A DNA stretch of 64,000 nt from Anaeramoeba ignava BMAN (lineage: Eukaryota > Protista > Anaeramoebae), in assembly GCA_028826165.1 (NCBI GenBank), contig JAPDFW010000079.1, forward strand, positions 186,001-250,000, written 5' to 3'. The translations under genes and the position numbers were made by a program. A model generated the notes under the pieces. That model made no database searches. It was not told the origin of the DNA and saw only the letters and a list, made by a program, of their open reading frames with translations. Position 1 is the stretch's first letter; every line of letters begins with the position of its first letter. Shown in pieces: positions 39,401 to 51,334 of this stretch.

Positions 39401-42400
39401 TGCTTTTGAATTGGTTTCTTCTGGAAAAATTGTTTTGATAATTTGTCCACTTTTAAATCTCTCGAATGGTTCTTTGATTTGTTTATCATTGACAGAATTG
39501 AAATCATTGAAAGAAACAAATGCAATTTGGTTTTGTTTTTGGGGAATACTAACAATAAGATAATCTTTTTTAACAAGCTCAATTTTGCTGTCAAATTTTT
39601 CTAAATTTTGGAAAACTAAGTTCTTTTTGGTTTTGGTTTTGGTTTTAAGAAGATCTGATTTCAAAGAAAGATCAATAATTTTTTTGCTGAAATCAAAATC
39701 AATAATTTTGGCTCTGTGTGAATTTCCTTCCTTCATTTCCTTGATATTGCATTGATCTTTATGAATGAATCCGGTTAATTCTTCGAAATTTTCAAGTCTT
39801 GCGATTGCTCCATATTCCTCAACTTTGGCAATTTGGATTTTAATTTTGTTTCCAATTTGAAGTTTTTGGTATTTCTCATCAAATTGATTTATTGATGATT
39901 CTTTATCCATTGTTTCTGTTTCCATTTGGTAGTGGAAATGGGAAAGTAGAAACAATGCATCGGATGAATAACATTCACTTTCTTTGATTGTAAGATAAAT
40001 CTTTTCTTCCTCGTTAATTTCAATAACTTTAGCTCTTATTGTTTGGCCGAGCAAAACTTGATCAGAAGTTTCTTTGACAAATTTATCCGCAATTTCATTT
40101 TTAAAAGCAAGACCTGTTAACCCATTCAAAAAGCCGATAAAAACACCAAATTTTGTAATTTTCTTGACAAATCCATAAACAATATCATTCGTTTTGATTT
40201 GTTCCAAATTCATTGGAAGCTGTTTTTTCTTCAGAGCTTCCAGAAGAACATATTTTCTTGTGAATAAAAACGTTTTTTTGACTTCATCTTTTTCGATAAT
40301 CATCAACGATTGCAAATGAGTTCCAATTTTGATTTTTTCTGTCATTTTGAGAGCCTGTTTTGGGTCATCACAAAGATGATTTTTTGCGAGAAATCCGCGT
40401 AATTCTGTTTTTTGGTCTTTTGCCAAAATATTCAAAACACATCCTTGATTATTCAAAGTGAAAACAACTCCATCCACAAGTTCTCCGCATTTAAACTTGT
40501 CAAATTGAGATAAAACGTTTTGGTTTTGAACATATTCTTCATGTGTGAAATACAAAATATTTGTTCTTAAAGTGAGCCTAAGAATTCCTTTCTTTGGTTC
40601 AGCATTTAAAACAGTACACAAAAGGGGTTGTCCAATTTGGAACAATTTTCTTGGGTTTTCTTCAATAGGATTGTTTGATATTTCGGCTGCAGGAAGCAAG
40701 CCTGTGATGTTGTTGTAAAACTTGACAATGCATCCAAAATCCTTTATAGCCACAATAACTCCGTGGCTTTTCATTCCATTCTCAACTTTTTCCAACTCCA
40801 CTATTTTCGGGTATTTTGATTCAATCACTGTTTGTTTGCAAGTGAGAATCACCCTATTTCTGGCTGGTTCTGTTGACCAGACTCTGCAATCCACTTTTCT
40901 GCCAATTTTGAACTTGAGTTCTGGTATTTTCACAGCAACATCTGCCAAATGGATTTTGGGAATCAATCCTCTTATATTATCAGTTATTTTAACAATAATT
41001 CCAGATGGCTCAATTTTCTCAATTTCAACTTTGATTTTTTTGCCAACTTTGATTTCTTTGATACCCATAAATTTTCGTCTTATTATTGATCTCTTTATTC
41101 CAACAAGTGCGATTGATTCCATAAAATTATATCCTGTAACTCGGCAAATCAAATTCTGTCCAACTTCAAATACTTCGCTTAATGATGGTTTATTCTCATC
41201 AGAACAATCCTTATAAACTGAATATCCAAATATTTTTCTTGTTTTTTCTTTGTCTTCAATTTTCACATTTTCATCTTCTTTCTCCTCCTTTTTTTGCTTC
41301 AAATATTCTCTTAATTCTTTGTATTTGATTTTTGAATCAAGATTGATTTCGAATAAAATTCCTATTTTTTCATCGATTCTTTTGATTACTGCCTCTGTAT
41401 AAATATCTCCAACTTCAATATCTTTCTGAACAACATGTTTTCCTTGAATGATATTTGGTTTCATTGTCATTCGAATTTTCTTCTGGACTCGATCGATCCA
41501 AATTATTTTGCATTTTACCTTTCATTTTTTAAAAAAAAAAATAAGTATAAATATTATTATTATTATTATTTGTTGTTTTTTCTTTGTGGAAATATTTATG
41601 TACTTTTTGGTTCATTTTGAATTCATAATCATCTTCATTTCGGGGATTGGATTCAGGAAAATTTTTGCGATCAACAACACCTAAAAAAAAGGTGAGAAAA
41701 TTCACAACAATTCCTTGATTAAGAACATTTGAAATGTTTCCATTGATTAAATCACCCGGTTTGAGGTTGTGGAAAATATAGTCTTTTGGGTTTAATTGGG
41801 TATTCATTGCTTTTCGATAATTAAAACTGAGCTTTATTGTGTTGCTTTCCTGATTGATTTCTTGTGCAATAACATAAATATCTTGGCCAACATATAATTT
41901 TGTGTCATTTTTATAAATTCCGTTGAAAATAATATCTTGTTGATGAAGAAAACCGAAAAAAGAGCAGTTTTCCCCAAACGAAATTGTATATCCATAATCT
42001 TCAACACTTTTCACACTTCCATACAAAACTTGATTGGTGAAAATATCCTTTATAGAAAGTGTTGATTCATTAATAAAACTTGGATCAAGTGAAAGTGTGA
42101 TTTGCTTTTTATTTCTTTCGTTATCCATTTCTTTAATAAAACAAGGAATTTGCTGTCCAATTTTGAATAAACTATTTAGTTCCGATTCCAAAAGTGATTT
42201 TTGATTTGATTCATTTTGATTTAAATTATTTTGTAATTGATTTTCATTTTCATTTTCATTTTCATATTCATTTTCATTTTCATATTCATTTTCATTTTCA
42301 TTTTCATTTTTGATTTCCTCAATTTGATTCAGTGTTTTTTTTAAATATTGTGTATATTCCTTTGAAATATCAGTTGCATGAACAATTCCTGTCAAATTAT

Positions 42401-42763
42401 TAGGAAGACTAATTTTCATTTCATATTCATTGATTTCTTGAATAACTCCCAAAAAAATCATTCCTTTTGTAAGTGTGTAAATTGTTAAATTCTCAATATA
42501 TTTTGGTTCTTTCATAAACAATGTTTCAAATGGATTTTCTTTTTGTTTTTTTTTTCTATTTTTTTTTCATTTTCATTTTGATTTTGATTTTCTTTTGTTT
42601 TTTTCTTTTTTCTTCTTTTAATAATTTCTTTTTCTTCTTTTCTTCCAAAAAGAGGTTTTTCATTTTCATTTATTTGTCTTTTAACTTTCTTTTTTTTTTG
42701 TTTTAATTGTTCTGAAGTTGAATTACTTCTTGGAAATGAAATTTCTTTTTTTTTTGATTGCAT
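36464..42763 (-). CDS. RRP5: rRNA biogenesis protein RRP5/PDCD11; intron 41603-41519; one frameshift in the A-rich 5' part (~42530-42700)
   Basis: N-terminal 'SFPR', many S1 repeats and C-terminal HAT/TPR repeats ([66 protein letters not shown]). Phase-0 GTACAT...AAG intron. Confidence 0.95.
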
Positions 42764-42862
42764 TTAACACAAAGAGAAAATTTTTATTAATTAAAAAAGA
42801 AAAAAAATGAAAAAATTAAAAAAATTAAAAAAAAATTTTTTTTTCATTTTCTTTTTTAAAAA

Positions 42863-44634
42863 ATGAATGAAATTATATTTTTTGGTTTAAATAATTATCC
42901 AATTCTTTTCAAAAATGAATCAAATATAATAAAAAAACCAATTCAATTTAAATTTGAAAATGAAAATGAAAATGAAAATGAAAATGAAAAACAAATTAAA
43001 CAAATTTCATCAAGTTATTTTTCAACAATTTTCCTTTTTAAAAATGGAAAAGCAATAGAATATTTAAATCAAAATCCTTCAAAAATCCAAATTGAAAATA
43101 TTCAAAAAGTAACTGTTGGTTTTTTAGTTGAAGCTATTTTAACAATAGAAAGAAATGTATTTGCAAAAGGAATAAATATTAATACAGAAAATCCAAATGA
43201 ATTTATCAATATTTCATCATTAATTGAAGATAAAAATGATAGAATAATTCAAGATATTGTTTCTGGAAGATATTCAATTTACTTATTAACTTTGAATCAA
43301 AATGTTTATGGAATTGGTTCAAATGAAGATGGTCAACTTGGTTTTGATTATGAAACACTTGATAAAACAGAAAAACCAATTTTAATGATGAAAAATGTTT
43401 CTAAAATATTTTCAGGAAATTCTTCAAATCATGTTTTTCTTTTAAACTCAAATCAAGAATTATTTGGATGTGGTGATAATTATCATGGTCAACTTGGATT
43501 AGGAGATTCAATAAAAGAAATAAAAATCCAAAAATTAACCAAAATCCAAAATATTCCAAAAGGCAAAATAATTGATATTCAATGTGGAAATGATTATTCA
43601 ATAATGTTGATTGAAGATGAAAATGATGAAAAAAGAAAACTTTATTCATGTGGATTTGATAAAAATAATGGACTTGCCCGATTTAAAAATATCAAAAAAT
43701 TTACTGAAATCAAATTATCTTTATTTGAAAATGATGGTGATATTCTTGATTTTTCTGTTGGAAATGAGCATACTTTGATTTTAACTTCCAATTCAAAATT
43801 AATAGGATTTGGAAATAATGAATTTGGCCAATTAGGAAAGAAAAGTTTATTTTCATCTTATAAATCAAATCCAATTCAAATCAAACTTCCTAAATTAAGA
43901 TTTAATGAAGATATTTACAATTATCATGTTTCTTGTGGATATCATAAATCATTTTTTTATTATTCTCCTCCTCCTTCTTTTTCCAATCTTGAAGAAGATT
44001 TGATAAAATTATTTGAAAGAAAAGAATTTTGTGATATTTCATTTAAAACCGAAAATGGAGAAATAATTGAAGCTCATAAATTAATATTGAAATATAGATT
44101 AAATCAAAATCAAAATCAAATTGAAAAACTTAAAGAAATTATTTCAAAAAAATCAATTAAAGAATCAAATCAAATATTTGAAATGATTTATTCAAACAAT
44201 TCTAATATAAATCCAAAATTATATTCTGAAATTAAAAAATTATAAATTTAAATGAAAAAATTGAAGAAACAATGAAAAGAATTTATTTAAATGAAAATGA
44301 AAATGAAAAAGATTTTATAATTGAAAGAAAAGAAAAACAATATAAATTTCCAAAATTAATATTAATAATGAGAAGTGAATTATATCGAGGAATGTTTTTA
44401 TCTGTTACAGAAGATAAATCTAATAAAGTTACAGATTATAGTGAATTAAGTGAAGAATCATTTCAAATATTTGAATATTGGATTTATTCAAATCAAATTA
44501 AAGATGAAATTCAAATTACACAAGAAATTATTAATGAAATTCAATTTGGAATTGATTATTTTCAATTAAATCAAACAAATCCAAATTTATTTGATTTATT
44601 AATTAACAAATTTAATAATCAAAATCAAAATTAA
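42863..44634 (+). CDS. RCC1-repeat/BTB protein copy 3, frameshift at ~44236
   Basis: ORFs 42863..44245 and 44272..44634; 'attaaaaaattata' versus 'attaaagaaattata' in paralogs. Confidence 0.85.
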
Positions 44635-44788
44635 AATTAAAATTAAATTCAAAATCAAAATTAAAATTAAAATTAAAATTAAAATTAAAATTAAAATTAA
44701 ATTCAAAATTAAAATTAAAATTCAAAATTAAAATTAAAATTCAAAATTAAAATTATTTTTCATTTTTTCATTTTTTTCTTTTTCAAAA

Positions 44789-46674
44789 ATGAATGATTGT
44801 TTATTTTTTGGTCAAAATAACTCTCCTTGTATTTCAACTTCTGATCTAACATTTATTAAAAAACCAATCCAATTAAATATTCAAAAAATAATGAGAAAAA
44901 AGAAGAAAAAAGAAAAGAAAAAAGAAAAGAAAAAAGAAAATGAAAATGAAAATGAAAATGAAAAACAAATTAAACAAATTTCATCAGGAAGATTTTCAAC
45001 AATTTTCCTTTTTGAAAATGGAAAAGCAATAGAATATTTAAAAGAAAATGATTCAAATCAAAATCCTGAAAAAATCCAAATTGAAAATATTCAAAAAGTA
45101 ACTGTTGGTATTCAAAATGTAGCTATTTTAACAATAGAAGGAAATGTATTTGCCAAAGCAAATTATATTAATCTATATAATACAAATCAATTTATCAATA
45201 TTTCATCATTAATTGAAGATAAAAATGATAGAATAATTCAAGATGTTGTTTGTGGAGCTAAATCAATTCACTTATTAACTTCAAATCAAAATGCTTATGG
45301 AATTGGCTTAAATCAAAATGGTCAACTTGGTTTAGATTCTGAAACACTTGAAAAACAGAAAAACCAATTTTAATGATGAAAAATGTTTCTAAAATATTTT
45401 CAGGAAATACTTCATATTGTGTTTTTCTTTTAAATTCAAATCAAGAATTATTTGGATGTGGTAATAATCAACATGGTCAACTTGGATTAGGAGAATTAAA
45501 AAAAGAAGAAACAAATATCCAAAAATTAACCAAAATACAAAATATTCCAAAAGGCAAAATAATTGATATTCAATGTGGATTTTTTCATTCAATAATGCTG
45601 ATTGAAGATGAAAATCAAAATCAAAATCTAAAAAGAAAACTTTATTCATGTGGAAATTATGAATATAATGGACTTGACAAAGAATATGAAAATACTTATA
45701 AATTTACTGAAATCAAATCATCTTTATTTGAAAATGATGATATTCTTGATTTTTCTGTTGGATTTGCTCATACTTTGATTTTAACTTCTAATTCAAAATT
45801 GATAGTATTTGGAGATAATTCTTATGGTGAATTAGGAACTGGAAACCATGATTTTAAATCAATTCCAATTCAAATTGAACTTCCTAAATTAAGATTTAAT
45901 GAAGATATTTTCAATTATCATGTTTCTTGTGGAAATTTTCATAGTTCATTTCTTTATTATTCTCCTCTTTCTTTATCCAATCTTGAAGAAGATTTGATAA
46001 AATTATTTGAAAGAAAAGAATTTTGTGATATTTCATTTAAAACCGAAAATGGAGAAATAATTGAAGCTCATGAATTAATATTAAAATATAGATTAAATCA
46101 AAATCAAAATCAAAATGAAATTGAAAAACTTAAAGAAATTATTTCAAATAAATCAATTAAAGAATCAAATCAAATATTTGAAATGATTTATTCAAATAAT
46201 TTCAAAATAAATCCAAAATTATATTCTGAAATTAAAGAAATTATAAATTCAAATGAAAAAATTGAAGAAACAATGAAAAGAATTCATTTAAATGAAAATA
46301 ATTTTATTATTGAAAGAAAAGAAAAACAATATAAATTTCCTAAATTAATATTAATAATGAGAAGTGAATTATATCGAGGAATGTTTTTATCTGTTACAGA
46401 AGATAAATCTAATAAAGTTACAGATTATAGTGAATTAAGTGAAGAATCATTTGAAATATTTGAATATTGGATTTATTCAAATCAAATTAAAAATGGAATT
46501 GAAATTACACAAGAAATAATTGATGAAATTCAATTTGGAATTGATTATTTTCAATTAAATCAAACAAATCCAAATTTATTAGATTTATTAATTAACAAAT
46601 TTAATAATCAAAATCAAAATCAAAATCAAAATCAAAATGAATTGAAGAAAAAAGAAAAATGTTTAATTTTCTAA
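44789..46674 (+). CDS. RCC1-repeat/BTB protein copy 4 with C-terminal CaaX (KKKEKCLIF); frameshift at ~45355
   Basis: ORFs 44789..45373 and 45373..46674; one A missing in 'cttgaaaaacagaa'. Confidence 0.85.
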
Positions 46675-46804
46675 ATTTAAAAAATGAATTAAAAAAAGAA
46701 AGAAAGAGGAAAAAATATTTAATTTTTATTAAAAGAAAAAGAGAGAAAAAAAATTTTTTTTTCATTCTCTTTTTTTCATTTTTTTTATTTTATTTTTTAA
46801 AAAA

Positions 46805-48607
46805 ATGAGTTTTAATTCAAAAGTAAAAAATGATGTTTGGTTTTTTGGTTTAGATAAAAAATATGAATTATTCTCATATACAATAGATATTCCAGAACCA
46901 ATACATGTTAAAATTGGGAATCAATTCCAAATTAAACAAATTTCAACAGGTTATTTTTCAACAATTTTCCTTTTTGAAGACGGAAGAGCAATAGAATATA
47001 TGAATAAAAAAGCTGGAAATGATGTTAAATCAGAATCTGAAAAACTTAAAATTGAAAATTTGAAAAAAGTAACTTCAAGTTACGAAATTGAAGCTATTTT
47101 AACTTATGAAGGAAAAGCACTTGCAAAAGGAAAAAATATTAATCCAAAAAAATTGCATTTATTTCTTAATATTTCTTCATTAATTGATGATTCAAATGAT
47201 AGAATAATTGAAGATATTGTTTGCGGATTTAATTCAGTTTACTTATTAACTTCAAATCAAAATGCTTATGGATTTGGTTCTAATAAATATGGTCAACTTA
47301 ATTTTGATTATAAAGCACTTGAAAAAGCAGAAGAACCAATTTTAATGATGAAAAATGTTTCTAAAATATTTTCAGGAGGTAATTCATCTTCTGTTTTTCT
47401 TTTAAATTCAAATCAAGAATTATTTGGATGTGGTAATCAATATGGTATACTTGGATTAGGAGAATTAAGAAGAGAAGAGAAAAAAATTGATAAATTAACT
47501 CAAATCCAAAATATTCCAAAAGGCAAAATAATTGATATTCAATCTGGAAATATTCATTCAATAATGTTGATTGAAATCATAGAAGGAAATCAAAATCCAA
47601 AAAGAAAAGTTTATTCATGTGGAGATTCTGAATATAATGGACTTGATAGTGATAGAGCCATTTGTGAATTTACTGAAATCAAATCATCTTTATTTGAAAA
47701 TGATAATATTCTTGAAATTGCAGTTGGTGGGCATCAAACATTAATTATTACATCACTTGGAAAATTGATTGGATTTGGTCATAATGATAATTGTGAATTA
47801 GGAACTACTAAAAAATATTCTTATCCAAAACCAACTTTAATTCAAATTCCTGTTCGTTATCGAGATACTTTCAATTATCATGTTTCTTGTGGAGAATTTA
47901 GATCAATTTATTATTATTCTCCTTCTTTTCCAAATCTTGAAGAAGATTTGATAAAACTATTTAGAAGAAAAGAATTTTGTGATATTTCATTTAAAACCAA
48001 AAATGGAGAAATAATTGAAGCTCATAAATTAATATTGAGATTTAGATTAAAAAAAGATGAATTAATTGATGAAATTCAAGAAATTATTTCAAATAAATCA
48101 ATTAAAGAATCAAATCAAATATTTGAAATGATTTATTCAAACAGAATCATAAATCTACAATTATATTCTGAAATTCAAGAATTATTACAAGATAAAATGA
48201 TAAATGAAACAATGAACAGAGTTTATTTAAATGAAAATGAAAAAGATTTTATAATTGAAAGAAAAGAAAAACAATATAAATTTCCAAAGTTAATATTAAT
48301 AATGAGAAGTGAATTATATCGAGGAATGTTTTTATCTGTAACAAATGATACTTCAAATAAAGTTACAGATTATAGTGAATTAAGTGAAGAATCATTTCAG
48401 ATATTTGAATATTGGATTTATTCAAATCAAATTAAAGAAGGAATTGAAATTACAAAAAAAATTATAAAAGAAATTGAAACAAAAATTGATTATTTTCAAT
48501 TAAATCGAACAAATCCAAATTTATTAGATTTATTAATTAACAAATTTAATCACGAAAAAGAAAAGAAAAAAAGTCAAAAGAAGAAAGAAAAATGTTTAAT
48601 TTTCTAA
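46805..48607 (+). CDS. RCC1-repeat/BTB protein copy 5 with polybasic tract and CaaX (CLIF)
   Basis: Intact 600-aa ORF ending KEKKKSQKKKEKCLIF. Confidence 0.92.
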   Translation: MSFNSKVKNDVWFFGLDKKYELFSYTIDIPEPIHVKIGNQFQIKQISTGYFSTIFLFEDGRAIEYMNKKAGNDVKSESEKLKIENLKKVTSSYEIEAILTYEGKALAKGKNINPKKLHLFLNISSLIDDSNDRIIEDIVCGFNSVYLLTSNQNAYGFGSNKYGQLNFDYKALEKAEEPILMMKNVSKIFSGGNSSSVFLLNSNQELFGCGNQYGILGLGELRREEKKIDKLTQIQNIPKGKIIDIQSGNIHSIMLIEIIEGNQNPKRKVYSCGDSEYNGLDSDRAICEFTEIKSSLFENDNILEIAVGGHQTLIITSLGKLIGFGHNDNCELGTTKKYSYPKPTLIQIPVRYRDTFNYHVSCGEFRSIYYYSPSFPNLEEDLIKLFRRKEFCDISFKTKNGEIIEAHKLILRFRLKKDELIDEIQEIISNKSIKESNQIFEMIYSNRIINLQLYSEIQELLQDKMINETMNRVYLNENEKDFIIERKEKQYKFPKLILIMRSELYRGMFLSVTNDTSNKVTDYSELSEESFQIFEYWIYSNQIKEGIEITKKIIKEIETKIDYFQLNRTNPNLLDLLINKFNHEKEKKKSQKKKEKCLIF

Positions 48608-48733
48608 ATTTAAAAAATGAATTAAAAAAAGAAAGAAAGAAATTTAATTTTTAATTTTTATTAAAAGAAAAAGAGAAAAAAAATTTTTTTTTCATTCTCT
48701 TTTTTTCATTTTTTTTATTTTATTTTTAAAAAA

Positions 48734-50536
48734 ATGAGTTTTAATTCAAAAGTAAAAAATGAAGTTTGGTTTTTTGGTTTAGATAAAAAATTTGATTTAT
48801 TCTCATATAGAGAAGATATTCCAGAACCAATACATGCTAAAATTGGGAATCATTTTCAAATTAAACAAATTTCAACAGGTTATTTTTCAACAATTTTCCT
48901 TTTTGAAGACGGAAGAGCAATAGAATATATAAATACAAAAGATGACTATAGAAGACCAGAGTCTGAAGTAGTTAAAATTGAAAATTTGAAAAAAGTAACT
49001 TCAAGTTATGAAATTGAAGCTATTTTAACTTATGAAGGAAAAGCACTTGCAAAAGGAAACAATATTAATCCAAAAAAATTGCATTTATTTCTTAATCTTT
49101 CTTCATTAATTGAAGATAAAAATGATAGAATAATTGAAGATATTGTTTGCGGAAGAGATTCAATTTACTTATTAACTTCAAATCAAAATGCTTATGGATT
49201 TGGTTCTAATAAATATGGTCAACTTAATTTTGATTATAAAGCACTTGAAAAAGCAGAAGAACCAATTTTAATGATGAAAAATGTTTCTAAAATATTTTCA
49301 GGAGGTAATTCATCTTCTGTTTTTCTTTTAAATTCAAATCAAGAATTATTTGGATGCGGAAGAAATGATTATGGTATACTTGGATTAGGAGAATTAAGAA
49401 GAGAAGAAAAAGAAATTGATAAATTAACCAAAATCCAAAATATTCCAAAAGGCAAAATAATTGATATCCAATCTGGTTTTGTTCATTCAATAATGTTGAT
49501 TGAAATCACAGAAGGAAATCAAAATCCAAAAAGAAAAGTTTATTCAACTGGAGATACTGAATATAATGGACTTGACAAAGATGGGCATACTTATGAATTT
49601 ACTGAAATCAAATCACCTTTATTTGAAAATGATAATATTGTTGAAATTGCAGTTGGTGGGCATCAAACATTAATTATTACATCACTTGGAAAACTTATTG
49701 GATTTGGTCATAATGATAATGGTGAATTAGGAACTACTAAAAAATATTCTTATCCAAAACCAACTTTAATTCAAATTCCTGTTCGTTATCGAGATACTTT
49801 CAACTATCATGTTTCTTGTGGCTATAGAAGATCAATTTATTATTATTCTCCTTCTTTTCCAAATCTTGAAGAAGATTTGATAAAACTATTTAGAAGAAAA
49901 GAATTTTGTGATATTTCATTTAAAACCAAAAATGGAGAAATAATCAAAGCTCATAAATTAATATTGAGATTTAGATTAAAAAGAGATGAATTAATTGATG
50001 AAATTCAAGAAATTATTTCAAATAAATCAATTAAAGAATCAAATCAAATATTTGAAATGATTTATTCAAACAGAATCATAAATCCACAATTATATTTTGA
50101 AATTCAAGAACTATTACAAGATAAAATGATAAATGAAACAATGAACAGAGTTTATTTAAATGAAAATGAAAAAGATTTTATAATTGAAAGAAAAGAAAAA
50201 CAATATAAATTTCCAAAGTTAATATTAATAATGAGAAGTGAATTATATCGAGGAATGTTTTTATCTGTAACAAATGATACTTCAAATAAAGTTACAGATT
50301 ATAGTGAATTAAGTGAAGAATCATTTGAAATATTTGAATATTGGATTTATTCAAATCAAATTAAAGAAGGAATTGAAATTACAAAAAAAATTATAAAAGA
50401 AATTGAAACAAAAATTGATTATTTTCAATTAAATCGAACAAATCCAAATTTATTAGATTTATTAATTAACAAATTTAATCAAGAAAAAGAAAAGAAAAAA
50501 AGCCAAAAGAAGAAAGAAAAATGTTTAATTTTCTAA
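48734..50536 (+). CDS. RCC1-repeat/BTB protein copy 6 with polybasic tract and CaaX (CLIF); recent tandem duplicate of copy 5
   Basis: Intact 600-aa ORF; flanks near-identical to those of copy 5. Confidence 0.92.
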   Translation: MSFNSKVKNEVWFFGLDKKFDLFSYREDIPEPIHAKIGNHFQIKQISTGYFSTIFLFEDGRAIEYINTKDDYRRPESEVVKIENLKKVTSSYEIEAILTYEGKALAKGNNINPKKLHLFLNLSSLIEDKNDRIIEDIVCGRDSIYLLTSNQNAYGFGSNKYGQLNFDYKALEKAEEPILMMKNVSKIFSGGNSSSVFLLNSNQELFGCGRNDYGILGLGELRREEKEIDKLTKIQNIPKGKIIDIQSGFVHSIMLIEITEGNQNPKRKVYSTGDTEYNGLDKDGHTYEFTEIKSPLFENDNIVEIAVGGHQTLIITSLGKLIGFGHNDNGELGTTKKYSYPKPTLIQIPVRYRDTFNYHVSCGYRRSIYYYSPSFPNLEEDLIKLFRRKEFCDISFKTKNGEIIKAHKLILRFRLKRDELIDEIQEIISNKSIKESNQIFEMIYSNRIINPQLYFEIQELLQDKMINETMNRVYLNENEKDFIIERKEKQYKFPKLILIMRSELYRGMFLSVTNDTSNKVTDYSELSEESFEIFEYWIYSNQIKEGIEITKKIIKEIETKIDYFQLNRTNPNLLDLLINKFNQEKEKKKSQKKKEKCLIF

Positions 50537-50602
50537 ATTTAAAAAATCAATTAAAAAAAGAAAGAAATTTAATTTTTATTTTTTATTTTTTTAACTAATT
50601 AA

Positions 50603-51208
50603 TTAATTAATTATCGCATGATTTTTCCAGTATTTAACAGAATCCAAATATTTCTCTCTTGATAACTTAATTCCACTTCCACCTTCATCTTTTCCTAAAG
50701 AATTTCTCATCATAGTAATTGGAGACATTGGTAATTCAAAATCTTCATTTTGAGCTTTAATTGCAACAACAAACCATTCAAAAGAATCAAAATCATTATT
50801 CATTTCAACACCCATTGAAATATTTTCTGATTTGACTTGTTCTTTGGAATAAAGAATAAGATCCAAAAATTTTGCTTGTGGAATTTCTTCAAGTTTTTCT
50901 TTTGGAAACCATCGAACTAAAACTGGAAGTTCTTTATCAGTTCTTGCTAAATAATCTGTTTTTAATAAATGACTATTTGATTCATTGATTTCAATTGCTC
51001 CAACTTGTGCTCCAACAAAATTTTCAATAAAAATATGTTTGCAAAATGGAGCATAACCTTCTTTTAATAAATTTTCTTTATTTTCTTTTGATTTTTCCAC
51101 TTTTTCATTAATTTCTTTAATAAATTTTTCTGTATCATAATTAATTTGAGTTCCAATATAATTTGGATTATTAAATTGTCTTAAAACAAAATTTTCTAAA
51201 CCAATCAT
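50603..51208 (-). CDS. DUF3228-family protein
   Basis: Family-like motifs GYAPFCKHIF, Y.AR...ELPVLVRWF, LDLILYS.EQ, ELPM.PITMMRN and GGSG...R.KY..SV.YW..HA (recognised from memory, not searched). Confidence 0.85.
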   Translation of the reverse strand: MIGLENFVLRQFNNPNYIGTQINYDTEKFIKEINEKVEKSKENKENLLKEGYAPFCKHIFIENFVGAQVGAIEINESNSHLLKTDYLARTDKELPVLVRWFPKEKLEEIPQAKFLDLILYSKEQVKSENISMGVEMNNDFDSFEWFVVAIKAQNEDFELPMSPITMMRNSLGKDEGGSGIKLSREKYLDSVKYWKNHAIIN

Positions 51209-51334
51209 AATAATAATAAATTTTTTTTTTTTAATTTAATAAGAAAGAAAAAAATGAAAAAAAAAACCGTTAAAAAAAAATTAAATTTTTATTTTTTATT
51301 TTTATTTTTTAATTTTTATTTTTTAAACAAAAAT

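Noticed and set aside
9340-45375. Frameshifts in RCC1-BTB copies 1, 3 and 4, surface protein A, RRP5 and the repeat protein as pseudogenes or programmed frameshifting
   Set aside because: Nearly all are 1-nt indels in homopolymers or repeats and they also hit the essential RRP5 gene, which is typical of long-read error. Short-read polishing would decide; phase variation cannot be fully excluded.
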